DNA of 60,741 bases, filler included, from Dugesia japonica (taxonomy: Eukaryota): the NCBI GenBank assembly GCA_001938525.1. It is 4 parts of 4 records of this genome, joined end to end, with 100 filler letters (N's around TTAATTAATTAA, not from the genome) between each part and the next. Parts side by side here need not be neighbours in the genome. Positions count along the whole stretch, not along the records: positions 1 to 26,686 come from MQRL01648569.1; 3 more parts are not named here. The stretch is one strand, 5' to 3'. This document shows positions 1 to 12,240 of this stretch, one piece after another. Positions within the stretch are counted from its first letter, which is position 1, and every line of letters starts with the position of its first letter. The notes beneath the pieces were generated by a model that worked only from the letters and a program-made list of their open reading frames with translations, was not told the origin of the DNA and searched no databases. The position numbers were made by a program, and so were the translations under genes.

Positions 1-550
1 TCGTGCAATGTTTATTAATTCTTTTTATTCTAGTTATTATTTTTATTAGATTCTCTATTTCTCTTTAATTTAATCTTAAGTCAATTTATCAATTTGATGA
101 ACCCCTTCGGTAGTTTATCATCTCTATTAATACTCCTATTTTCTTTATGAGTTCAGTAGCGTTGTCTTCTCTCTTCCCTAGTTTACCTTTGTTTAAATTT
201 TATGTTATCAACAGGCCTGTTTCAGCCCAACAGATACAATGATATCAATATAAATATGCTATATAGTCTTTCCTATTAAAATTCAACAAAATTTACTTTA
301 AAAATTTTAATTGATATAACACAATATTGTACACACGAATTAATATTTTTAAGCTTTTCCTTGTAAATCTCAAAAGATTTAAACGTTTTTCGGTTTTACA
401 AAAATGGTGCTAAAAATGAAATCGGGCTCTCTATTTATACGAGAGAGATACACATGCAATTTAACGGTAGCCATAAATACTTATTAAAAAAATACATTAT
501 ATTCATTAGTTTTACATGATTTATGGAATTATTTATTTTAAAATTTGCAG

Positions 551-630
551 AATTTCAGAATTGTTTATTCCGTTATAATTACAATATGAAGAATTTCAAA
601 ATTGTTTATTCCGTTATAATTACAATATGA
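551..630. repeat. Tandem duplication of about 40 bp
   Basis: AATTTCARAATTGTTTATTCCGTTATAATTACAATATGA occurs twice in tandem. Confidence 0.9.
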
Positions 631-1110
631 TTTCACGTCTACGTGATTAATATTTGTAAAAATAAAATTAAATAAATACCAGGTTTGTACATATTCATAA
701 AAGTAAAAATTAAAAATAAAATTTGGACATACTCATAAAAATAAAAATAAAACTAAATTATCATTTGTACATATTAAAAGATCAAATTCAAATGAAATAT
801 TAGGTCAGCTCAAAATAATAGAGAGTCAAATAAAAAGTCAGATTGATGATTGATTTGGGTAATACAGTTTGATTTATTCTGAATTGGTTTGAATTGTCTG
901 GTTTGAGCAGCCGGAGTTATTGAATTGTCATTACTTTGTAGATCTGTTTGTTTGTGTATATGTGATATTTTAAAAAATTTTTAACTTAAAATTTGTATTA
1001 GCTTTCCTCAACATAATCATGCCCTAGTTCGGCCAGCTCGAAGCTGTATTTAACAGAAACAAAAAAGAGAAGAATAAGAAGATGTCGCAAGAAAATGGCG
1101 GGATTTTGTT

Positions 1111-3530
1111 TTAACCATAATTAACTTCATCCACATCAGACATGTCTGCTCTGGGGTTTTCGATTTCCTCAATCTCCAGATTGATAGCCTGACCACTGTG
1201 GATTCTCCAATTTCTGCTCGACCAGGATATGCATATCCTGATCGAGACAAGCGCAAACTTTCTAATAATACTAGCATGGAGCCCAACATGTTTGACCACA
1301 GGCTCATTCTCTACACATCACGATCCCAAACACCTAACTGAGATTGTTTCAAGGAGGACTTTCCAAATTGGAAAGTTTTTCTGGATGTCCTCCTTGAGTG
1401 GAGTGTATTTTATGATGTTTGAGTCCCTCGTTAATTTTAGATTACTGGATGTATCAAAGTGAGTTTTTACATCCAGTAATATAATGCGCTTACCCTCGCT
1501 ATTATTTAATTGCTAGTCAACACGATCAGTCCTATTAACCAGGTCACAGGCCTGATTGACGATGACTTTAAAGCAAGTGTTAGCTCTAATAAACCTGGCG
1601 AGCAACACAAGCACAGCATTGTGCCGTCCTGACTTAAAAGGGGGACAAAGACACAAGACATGTGCCTGAGTTTCCAAGTAGTAACCGCACTTCCGACAGG
1701 ATTTAAATGACATCCCATGGTTGCAACCAAATGGAAGTGTACTAGTCCTTGCTCGGTGAATAAATCGCCATTCATCAGGTTTAATAGAGTCATCGGAGTG
1801 TGGTTTCGTGGATAAATTGGACGCGCAGATAGCTTTGGACATTGCTCCAGCTTTAGTCAGGGCATTCCATTTTCTTGTATGAGCCAAACTGAGGAGACCA
1901 TGAGGCAATTTGATAATGGCTCTTCGGTCCTTGAAGGAAATCAAATAATTTCCCTCATCGACATAATCAATCACCTGCATGCAAATTCCAATCTCATTAC
2001 GCTTGAACTTTACCTGCAGGTGAACCAATTATTGAAGATAGCCAATTGCTTCATGGAACTTCGACCACCAACACTTGAGATTGGAATTGGTGGTGTTGAC
2101 GGAGAGCCAGTCCAATGCTTCAACAATTATGCACAGTTGAAAATGCTTTAATTGTTTTGTGGCAGCATGAATCAAATCAGGCGAGTCATATCTTGTACAA
2201 TTTTATCTGAACATGCAAGCATTTTAAATGCTTGTACTAGAGATTGTACAGAGTACTCTTGCCTCGCAGACCTTAGGCCAAACCCCTCTAATTTATAAAG
2301 ATAATCAGAGGGTGACCACACATGAACGGATATTATTTGCTGGATTGAGGTGCGAATTCGCTTGTCGATATCCCAGCCCCTCGATATCCCGTAGTGGCCG
2401 CTACAATCGAATTTCCCGAAATAAATGTTGAAATTCCGGAACGCGAACGTGAACCTTGAATGGATGAAGGTTTGATACCCGTGGATTTTCTGCCAGGGAT
2501 AGAGAACCGAGTTTTTTATCTTCTCTAATTCCCTGGCAGATCTTTCAAACATTTCCGTTGGAGTTTGGAAATGATCGCGGCCAAAGTCAACCCCTAGGTA
2601 CCTGTATGAATCTCGGTGATGAAGTTTAGGGACCGGTACTCCCTTGATTGTAATTTGAACAAGGTTGCTATTTACAGGGCAGGGTAAATATGCGCACTTG
2701 CTCGGTCGGAAATCAAGAGATGACCAGTCTGCGAATTTCGCCACTGCACCAACCATGTCTTGTAGGCTTGCTTTTGAAGAACCGACAAGAGTAAAGTCGT
2801 CCGAATAAGCCAGACAGGAAATAATGTGGCTTGCACAAGAAACACTAGCCCCAGGAGTCTTTGTGATCTCGCTTATAATTGGGTTGATCCCTATGCTAAA
2901 CAATAACATTGATAACGGACAACCCTGTCGGACGCCTCTTTTGTTTGCAATGGGACTAGTTGAAGTTCCATTGCAAGTGTAGTAACTGGAACAATCGGAG
3001 TAAAAAGCTCATATCAGTCTGATCGAATTCTCATAGACACCCATTCTTGTGAGCAGACCAAGAATGTGTTCTATAGTAATACTGCCGAAAGCATCTGCAA
3101 TGTCTAGGAAGACAATATGTAAATTAAACTTATTATTTTGGCTCTGCTCATCTAGCAGACATCGCAGTAGAAAGTTATATTCGCAGCAGCCTTCCGACTC
3201 GCCTGCACTTTTCTGGAGGTTGTGTAGCAATTTCGCCCTCATCACCAAACTAGACAACTGAGATGTAAGACAAGCCATGAATAACTTGTACAAACAATCT
3301 GGACAAAGCAATGAGTCGCAATGATAAGACTTCATGGTATGACCCAGCTTTGCCTGGTTTCGGGATCATCAGTGTCGAGTAGGTTTTCCAACTGTCTGGA
3401 GTAACACCAGAAGATAGAATCTTCTTAAAAATTTGGTGAATAAGAGCACACTTTGGGTCTGCGGATTTCAGATCGTGGTATGTGATGTTATTTAGACCAA
3501 GAGCTGACACAGACAGATGATAAAGTATGC
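1111..3530 (-). mobile_element. Non-LTR retrotransposon, RT plus CCHC plus restriction-like endonuclease (R2 group, NeSL/Utopia-like), 5'-truncated and frameshifted
   Basis: RT motifs FLDIADAFGS, GVRQGCPLS, CLAYSDDFTLV, YRYLGV; WRFIHRAR; CRKCGYYLETQAHVLCLC then RHNAVL; downstream IILLDVK endonuclease-like motif; split over several ORFs. Confidence 0.9.
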
Positions 3531-6234
3531 GTCTTATTTCAGGTGCATCCGGAATAATAAAGGTAAAAACAGTTATTTAAGACAATTAAAGTCTTAGAGC
3601 AACATTGCTTATAATATTTATTGATAAAAGTATCACTTACCAAATATTATTGCTATGCTTTGATAAATCAGGTCTAACTATTGTTTTTTCTTTGTCATAT
3701 TTGTTAATTTGACTAAGAAACCAAGAATATGAAATTGGTCGTTCGTATTTGGAGTATCTTTGGTAACTTTGTAATTTGCATTTCAAAGTAATTAACTCTT
3801 TCTATTTCAGTTTAGTGAGTCAAAGTTCTCGCACATTTTTATAAATAGTTGATTTCTCGATTTGTTAATTTCAAATGAAATACACTTAGGCGCAATAAAC
3901 TGATAGAAAATTTCTGAAAAACATTGATTTAATCTTTCTCGAGTCTTTCTATTACTTGTTAAACAGACGGGTGTTTTGTATTAGTGACCTTTTTGTCTGT
4001 TAATAGCTAGATGATCTCAATAAATAAATGATAATTATATTGTAACAACTATTTTCCTCTTCTAATCTTTTTGTTTGACACTTAAAATTATAAATATTTG
4101 AAATATTTTTGGTGCTGCAACTATTTAAATTGCATTTAATTGAAACAATTCGATCAAATTGTTAAATATGCTTGTTAAATGATAAAATTGTAAAACGAAG
4201 ATCACCCAATATAAACATCTACCGTTTATAAATTACAATCATGAAGCTTTTAAACGTCTGACGATAAATAAAAAGTCATAAGCCCAGGCAATTAAAGCGG
4301 CTCCAAGCTTTCTAACTCTTCCATCTTTATAATTCCTTGCTTTTTTAGTTGATCTTACTTCTATTTTTAGTAGATAGGTGAGCGTTGCTCATTTGTAAAC
4401 ATTGTTATTTTGACCACGCTTCTTCTGAACTTGAATTAGTTCTTTTTAATTAGTTACTTTTTAACTGTAACCTGAAAATAGGTTACTCGTTGACAACAAG
4501 TGTGTTCCGGCAGATTCTGGATCCGTTACTGAAATACGAGCAAATTGATCCATAATTTTCCGTGATCATTAATGTTAACCTCTTCATGTTCTCCTGCTAC
4601 GATTTGTTTTTTGATCGTCTGTTGTTAACTTCAATTATACTGTAATAATAAAATACTGTTATCAAGAATATTTTACCACACCATATAAACAGTTTAATTA
4701 AGAATTTGCGTGGTACAAAAGACTAGTCAACGAGAAACCTTTGCGAGTAAGATTTTGGTTTCTAATAGTACAGGTATTTAGAAGTATGTCATGGCTACTT
4801 GTGAACTCAAAAGAACTTGGTTTAATGAGACTGAATTGTCAATTACTCCTGTATAATTCGTATTAAAGAAATTACTCTAACGACTGATTCAATTTAATCT
4901 ATTGTCGTTTAAATATATTCCTTAAAGAACTTTCGATTACGGCATAAGTAATGTTGAAATTGAATGATTGAAACAAATTTCTGATTAATGAACAAATTTT
5001 AGCTACTATACTAGCATTTAATTTGGAAAAGATAGATCTATTACTTGAAATAACTAAACATATGCTAAACTGAAGAAAAACACTATTAATTCAACATTAG
5101 AAGCATTCAGATTAAATGATGATTCGCAATTTAACCATATCAACAATTTAACGCTTGGATTATTCCTCATTAAATCAAGAGAATTAAAATACATCAATCG
5201 AATACATGTTATTTAAATACTTTAATTTTTAAAATAAAAGTGGATGAAGTCAATTTAAATTATAAAATCATTAACTGAAAGTGTGGGACATAAACATGTT
5301 AAAGAGATGAAATTTTTGTTTTATTAAATGAGCTCTAACATTATAATAATTCAATCGAAGTTAATTTAAATTTTGGAATTCTTTCATTAAAATAAAGAAA
5401 AAGGAATTCTTTTCAAAAATGATGTGACTTAAATATTTTATGTGAAATTTGAATTTACAAAGTTAGATTAAAACAAATAATAATGATTTAATTGAAATCA
5501 TTAAACAAAGTCCATCCGTGGTTTTATTTCATTATCCATTAATTTTAATTACGTATGCTTCTCTTCTCCGACAACGCTGGTTTCACACTTTCATCGCCAT
5601 CATATACTTTATATTCGATTCAAGCTTTTTTGTATCATAAATACACTGTTCCAATTTATTTTACCGATTTTACAATAACAATTGCAAATATTTTCAAATA
5701 TAAAGTTCAGTTAAACTCTTTTATCATAATATCAACCATTCAGTTTTACCTAATTGATGTGACAATGACAATTGCAAATTTTCTCGAATTGAAAATCCAA
5801 TTTAACTAATTTTACTTTTCTTCATGAATGCCGATCTGAGATTTAAACAAATTTAATTAACATTACCTAACTAACTAATTAACTAAAGGTAATGAGCTAG
5901 AAAAAATTTATTTAATTTGCTCGCTTTTCTGAATGCTTTTATTTTGGTCTTCTAAATTTGACTTATCCTGACAAAAATTATTTAAAACCATCTCTGGATT
6001 AATTTCGCAAATTATGTTACTCCCAATAATAACATTTTAAAAGTGATTTTCTAGGATTTTTCTTTTCAAGATTTTAATAATACGAATTTTCTTAATGAAA
6101 ATGTTGATTTTATACCATTCGGATGTTTGGGTAAACCTTTAAATTAAATTTTCATCAATAAAAAAGGTTATTGAGCACTGCTTTCTATTTTAGTAGATAG
6201 AAAGGAGGACTCGAGAACAGTAGGGAGTCCAGTT

Positions 6235-6248
6235 GTTGCTATAGCAAC
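6235..6248. promoter_or_regulatory. Perfect palindrome matching the RFX X-box consensus
   Basis: GTTGCTATAGCAAC; function not shown. Confidence 0.35.
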
Positions 6249-6254
6249 TGAGAT

Positions 6255-6620
6255 GTAATAATTACGTAACAGCCTTATAGATACTATGTAATCACTATAT
6301 AATCACTGGAAAAGATTATGTAATCATCACGTAAGCATGGCGGAATCTACCGAAAACCATTTCCGAATTACGTAATTAATACGCAATCCACCAAACTGAA
6401 CTTTCCGTAGTCATTACGTAGTTATTATTTAACCACCTGGGGAAAATTCCCCTATTATGTAAGCATACCACAAAATTTGGGGAGCATTTCTCGATTAAAT
6501 ACTCGTTATGTAATCATTTTCTGGTTACGTAGTATTTAAGTAATCATTTCATAGTCACATAGGACCCATTTCCCGATTACATAAAAGTTGCGTAATCACT
6601 GCATAATCATTGATATACTA
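6255..6620. repeat. Degenerate short-motif repeat cluster (GTAATCA / TTACGTA), probably a transposon subterminal region
   Basis: Many GTAATCA and TTACGTA(A) motifs within about 360 bp. Confidence 0.6.
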
Positions 6621-6633
6621 ATTTACAACTGTT

Positions 6634-6945
6634 ATGTCACAATTTTGTAACATAACACTTCACACAGTTACCTTAGAAACCGTTTCCATGACAACCATTT
6701 CATCAAGTAATGATGTGCTTTTAGAAATAAGCTTGAATGATCAATCAACATTAAATGAAAGATTTTCAAAAATCGATAAATTGATGCAAATAAATGACAC
6801 AAGTTTTATAAATTCAAAAGAAGATACCAATGTTTTTGATATTTCAAACAAATTTCTGATTACCGTGGAAATCGTTGGCTACAAGAAACTTGAAAACAAC
6901 GTTGGACCTATATGGAAATTGAAAATTATTCAAAAGATGGATTAA
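6634..6945 (+). CDS. Unknown 103-aa ORF, possible Polinton accessory gene
   Basis: ATG-initiated ORF followed by AATAAA; convergent with the neighbouring minus-strand genes; no recognisable motif. Confidence 0.3.
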   Translation: MSQFCNITLHTVTLETVSMTTISSSNDVLLEISLNDQSTLNERFSKIDKLMQINDTSFINSKEDTNVFDISNKFLITVEIVGYKKLENNVGPIWKLKIIQKMD

Positions 6946-7069
6946 AACTGTCATATTAATAAATTGTTATTATTTTATTACTTGTCTTATTACTACTTGT
7001 AAAACTCTTATAAAATAAAAAACATAAAACACAATAATGATTAAAATTTATTTAATAATAAAATCATTT

Positions 7070-7431
7070 TTATCAAAGATTTCTGTATTCTTCTTTACCG
7101 ACAGCTAAAACAACTATGCTGACAAAACATAGGTTCTACCATACAAAGTGTAAAGAAAGAGCATCATTCAAATGCAGTCGATTCTTTAATCTTGTACCAA
7201 AACATTTCGGAAGCCCAGTAAAAACGGGCTTCTCGTATATCTGGAAATTTTCTTTCAATATTTTTATAGCTATTTCTACAAACAATTAAAAAATTAATAA
7301 AAATATAGTATAAAAAATACCTTTATCTTTAAGAAATGAATTCGCTGTCCATTCCTTTTTATCAGTTAACTCTTTAGTATCATCTACTTGTTCTTCTTCA
7401 TTAGACCAAGCGGGCCATGATTATTTTTTCA
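7070..7431 (-). pseudogene. Small degraded gene with a 45-nt GT-AG intron (7276-7320) and a Cys-rich C-terminus
   Basis: AAG|GTATTT...TTTGTAG|AAA on the minus strand; downstream peptide EARFYWASEMFWYK...CMVEPMFCQHSCFSC. Confidence 0.35.
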
Positions 7432-7548
7432 TTGTTGATATTATTAGAATAGAATTAGTTGCCCTTGTATGAATTAATACTAGTTTGATGTAGTTTATAT
7501 ATACATTTCATATAGATAAATTCAAACAATTAAAATTAATCTTGATTA

Positions 7549-7848
7549 CTATTGCGTAATTTTATATTGACTCAAATTAACATTCAGTTTTTTTACAACC
7601 GATAATACTTGAGGTTGATAATTTAATTTCCTGATTCCAAGTATTACAACCCTTTCACTGAAAAATACATTTACACATATTGGGTTATATTTTGTAAGTA
7701 GTAATCCCGGAAATAGTTCTGGTTCATACATACACTTGGTTACTTTGGCTAATTTATACAAATTAATTGTTTGTTTCAAATTGACTACAATTGTTAGCGA
7801 TTGTAATTGAAAGTTCTTGAAATTGTATTGTAAATCTTTTCTTTCCAA
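7549..7848 (-). CDS. TATA-box-binding-protein-like gene, C-terminal repeat only (5' part missing)
   Basis: FQLQSLTIVVNLKQTINLYKL...YEPELFPGL...VNVFFSERVVILG aligns by eye with TBP repeat 2 (FKIQNMVGS...YEPELFPGL...LIFVSGKVVLTG). Confidence 0.85.
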   Translation of the reverse strand: MERKDLQYNFKNFQLQSLTIVVNLKQTINLYKLAKVTKCMYEPELFPGLLLTKYNPICVNVFFSERVVILGIRKLNYQPQVLSVVKKLNVNLSQYKITQ

Positions 7849-7879
7849 CAGTACAGTACAATGTAATTATGGCTTTTGA

Positions 7880-8249
7880 GACTAAAACCAAAAGCACTTA
7901 AAATACCAAAATAAAAGTTGATGATCATGTAAGAATATCAAAGATATTATCTTAACCATTCATCAAGAATTTCAATATTAATTGAAGTGATGAAGTGTTT
8001 AAAATAACAAAAATCGATATCCATAAAAATTCAATATAGTATCTGATTAAAGATCACGAAAACAATATTATAGTAGGAAAATTCTATTAGCAGATATTGC
8101 AAGTGATTTTACCTCTTATAGTGTTTAGAATAGAAAATATTATAAAATCTAAGAAAGTTGGAAAATATAAACAAATATATTTAAAGTGACACGGATATGA
8201 AAAACCTTCTTGGATCCTAGCATCTCAATTAGTCAATTTAAATGAATAA
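7880..8249 (+). pseudogene. Polinton/Maverick integrase C-terminus with chromodomain
   Basis: KVDDHVRISK...N*SDEVFKI...YLIKDHENNIIVGKFY*QILQ...FRIENIIKSK...YLK*HGYEKPSWI; several in-frame stops. Confidence 0.85.
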
Positions 8250-9090
8250 TGTCTATACAATTTTACCCAAGCAATAGTTGTACACTTATGTATCTAGATA
8301 ATAAAGCTAGTAATTCCAATATCGAGTTTCAAAATCCTATTAATTTGATTGGACGTAGGGAAGTATCCATGTTGGATTTTAATTTTGTATATTCCAAATT
8401 TTCATTTTATAGTAAATCAAAGATTGAATATGGTACAAATCGAGATTTATCAGAAGAATTGCTGATTACAGTATACAATAAGGAAAATTGAATAACTATC
8501 ACTCCAAATAGTATTCTTAAAGTAAATGGTCTTAACGATTTGAAGATTAATTATATATATGTTTTATATTTCATAACGTTTGATAATATTGAAAATGCCA
8601 AAAGATTTGGATTTGAAAATCCGAGAAACTGGATTAAATATAAAGATAATCTTGATGTTCAATCGTTTAAAAATAATCAATCGACAGAACCAATTGTGGT
8701 TAAAGCAACATATGCTGTAATAGCTGAAGAAGAAATACAATTCAAAAATCATTTACACATATCAGATTTGGAAGAACTTAATAATTACTTTATAACAAAT
8801 TGCTTACAATTATTCAAAAGATTTCGATGAAAAATCGGACGTAATCCCCAGCAAGTACATGTTTTACCCTTTGTTCAGAGATGTTATACTCAGATTTAAT
8901 AATACTAAAAGTGAAGGTGGAATGAAACTCTTATTCAAAAATTATTGATTGAAACAATTTTAAATTATAATGAAGATAGTAAAAATATTTCTCTTTCCAC
9001 AATTGGATATAGAGATAAAGAGTATAGAAAAATGTCTATTAAATCATGAAAACCATTATCTCTCAGTGTTTTTTTGCAACTTGATTTCAG
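8249..9090 (+). pseudogene. Polinton minor capsid (PX/penton)-like ORF, disrupted
   Basis: N-terminus PSNSCTLMYLDNKASN...PINLIGRREVSMLDF resembles the PSNSS..YPDN..SNF...I.L.G.WEV start of the Polinton ORF that follows integrase; ATG abuts the integrase stop. Confidence 0.6.
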
Positions 9091-9091
9091 G

Positions 9092-9168
9092 AATAATAAT
9101 AATAATATTAACAATGATAATAATAATAATAAAAATAATAATAGTAACAATGATAATGATGATAATAA
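9092..9168. repeat. Imperfect (AAT)n microsatellite
   Basis: Run of AATAATAAT and AATGAT units. Confidence 0.9.
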
Positions 9169-9452
9169 AGAATATCTATCAAGAAGTAAACATTAGTAAA
9201 GAATTCTTATATAATAGATTTAACTTAAACCGTCTGTACATTAATTATATGACAAATGTCACAAATTGTGTGTTCAAAATACACNNNNNNNNNNNNNTTT
9301 ATAAAATTTAATAATAATAATAATAAAACATTTCAAATAATCATATCATTGATTATGTCTTGCTAAACTGTTGTGTAACAGTAATCATTGTAAAAAGTAT
9401 ATATAGACAAACTTTCAGTCATTATTTCTCTCTGAAAATTTAAAATATTGTA

Positions 9453-9620
9453 ATGGTTTGCGAAATTTATAGATATTGCCAATCACAAATTCATGATGAT
9501 TGCCACGAAGTGATGGACCTATACTACAAGATGAAGATCAAAAGAAATGTATTTTATGTTTGCTCAATTTGCAAGACAGCAGAAGTTAGTTCGTATATGC
9601 TTTTTTTACTAGAAGCATAG
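9453..9620 (+). pseudogene. PHD-finger-like 55-codon fragment
   Basis: MVCEIYRYCQSQIHDDCHE...FYVCSICK has the C..HxxC..CxxC spacing of the second half of a PHD finger. Confidence 0.35.
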
Positions 9621-10616
9621 GGATTAATCGAATTTAATTTGAATTAAACTATAAATTATTTAATTAATTTATCTTCATTTCCCATGGTTTAATTAGATAT
9701 ATTGCATACCACAAAATTTTCCGAGATTCTCATCTGTGGATACTGGGACAATTTAAAAAAGTTTAACCCTGGGAATAGAAGTCTTTGTCGCTAAGTGCTC
9801 AAATTTACTTACTATCTAAGCAATTTATTTACAATTACAAACTTAAAAATTAATTTTCATAATTAAAATTTGAAACTAAATTTATGAACTTAAATTTTTC
9901 AAGCTTAAAACAAAATTTAGACTTTAAATTCATATTATTTAATTTAACTTACTTAAAATTAAATTAAAATTTTCAAGCTTAAAAATTTGCGCCACAAAAG
10001 TACAATATTTATTCAATATAGCACGAAAAATTAATTCAAATTATCCACAAAAAATTTCTTCATACATTTGAGTAAATAATTAATTCAAATTTCACGCCGA
10101 AAGTTTTTATACATTTTAAAAAAATTAGTAATTCGAATTGCTCTCGAAAAATTATCATTATATGAGACTTTATTGTCATAAAAACTTCTTGAGATTTGCA
10201 TAGTCCAATATTATCGAATCAGTGAAAAATGAATAATAATACATTTAAAGATTGTAAATCTATGTAATAAGTTCGTGGACCACAAAATGTTTCTGTCGAC
10301 GACCGGTTGAAGAACAGTCGTAATTATTTGTATATAATACACATGATATCATCCGTGGTGGCTCAAAAAAAATTTTTAACCATCACGCCCTAGGCAAATG
10401 TAATTTATGTCCCCCTTGTTCTCTTCCCGTGTATCGAAAAAACAAATCTTACATTAAAAAATTGTTTTGTATATTAAACATACATTACACTAATTAAATT
10501 TTAAGAATTACATAAATATCATATATTTCTGTAAATAAAAAGTTAAACAATTAATTCAACTCATTTTGCTAAATCTAAAAATATTTATTAATTTTAATTT
10601 TATGCTTTGCTTTTAT

Positions 10617-10807
10617 CCCTTTATCTACTGACGGTACTTATAAGTACCAATCACTTTAAAACTTTATAGCATAACAACCATTTCTTATATTCTGATGGTA
10701 CGTTTTAGAAACAGTCTTTTAACTCTACTTTTTCATGATAGATTGCAGAAGTTGTTATTTTCAAACGGACATTGTGTTCCGTAGTTCATAATGCAGCAGA
10801 TAAAGGG
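10617..10807. mobile_element. piggyBac-type MITE nested in the hAT element
   Basis: TIR CCCTTTATCTACTG / CAGCAGATAAAGGG; flanks TTAT and TTAA. Confidence 0.8.
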
Positions 10808-10915
10808 TTAAACTTACTATATTTAGATTGTTGTTTTTACCTACATTTTGTAAAAAACAATAATTAATTTTTATAACTTTTTTTTCTTTTACTTACATTT
10901 TTATATTAAAAAAAA

Positions 10916-12240
10916 TTAAAGTTTTCTAGCCTTTTGTTTAGCAAAGTCAGCAACGCAATCTTCAAAATAATTCTTTGGGCTATTTCATCTTCAATTGACA
11001 GTGTCGCCAAGCCTACATGCCATTCTTGAGTCATTGTTGAACGAAGTTTTTATATATTTAAGTTTTGAAAAACATTTTTCGAAACTTGCTTCTGTAACAG
11101 ATAGCGTTAAGCGTATCCTTAAACTAATAAAAACATTTGGATAAATATCGGACAATTTTTTTCACAAATAAAATGTAGAACATCTTTCGATGACGATTTT
11201 TGTTCAACGTGTTTTAAAATAGATTGTATCTCATTACATAAATCAACTGCTTCAATGTCCTTGGAGCGATTGTGGCTTAATATTGATTCAAGCTTAGTAC
11301 ACGACGCATACCATTTCTGTGTTGTTGCCTTTTGTAGGCTGTGAATGTCAAAAATAAATCCAAAAACGGATTCAAGATTTTGCATTTGTTCAAATCGATC
11401 GTTAACAGAGTTAATTGCTGTATCAAGGACTACAAAATAAAAATCAACTTTAAAATTTTCGTGAAGGTCTTGAATAACATTATCTTGCGATTCATATGAA
11501 ATTTGTCTCTTTTTTAACCGATTGCGAGCTGGTTCTCGCTCAAATTCCGTTGGAAAGTCCTTTTCCTTAGCAAGCTCAGAAGCATCTACTAAAATACTGT
11601 CAAATTTAATATCACTTCTTAAAATCTCCAAAAGAAATTTCGTATTTAATTATTGTTCGGTAGCTAATTGAACATTTAATTTTTTTTCTTGAAGTATTTT
11701 GCTGGTTATGTTAATTTCAAACAATATTTTATACCATATTGTAAGTTGGACAATAAATATAAATTTCGAAATCTGTTTTGCTAAGCCCTATGCTTCTGAA
11801 CGAGTTGGTGCTCCAATAGTACCAACCAAAGTTTTATCGTCAGAGATATTCATAAGGGCATCGTATATATTTCCCAATTCGTAACGCAATTGTTTCAAAG
11901 CATCAATGCGAATTTCCCATCTTGTATTACTTAGTGGCTTAACAGTCAACGTCTTAACGTACCACACCAAAACGCCCCATCTACGTGTTGAACCCGAAAA
12001 AAGTATATATTCTTTGTACTATATCAAAAAATTGTACAACTTCTACAAAACCCTTAGTAGCGTCATTAACAACCAAATTTAATGAATGTGAATTGCAAAG
12101 GACAAAAAAGCTCTTGGATTTACATTCAAAATTTTTCTCTGTACTCCATTCTCCTTCAATTTCATGTTACTTTCGTTATCATAAGATTGTCCACGTAGCT
12201 GTTGTACATCCAAAGACAAATCTTTCAATTCTCTTAAAAT
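10916..12240 (-). pseudogene. hAT transposase remnant
   Basis: FVLCNSHSLNLVV (CxxH motif), PLSNTRWEIRIDA, FKVDFYFVVLDTAINSVNDRFEQ, and a C-terminal dimerisation-like segment; frameshifted. Confidence 0.9.

Noticed and set aside
4358-6200. Repeat TTCTATTTT(T)AGTAGATAG at about 4359 and 6183 as a TSD or terminus
   Set aside because: Short, AT-rich and with no coherent element between the copies
7549-7848. Calling this the host TBP gene
   Set aside because: Only one repeat, highly divergent outside YEPELFPGL, intronless and in mobile-element context; no gene symbol given
8965-9311. Leu- and Ile-rich ORFs
   Set aside because: Largely products of the (AAT)n microsatellite
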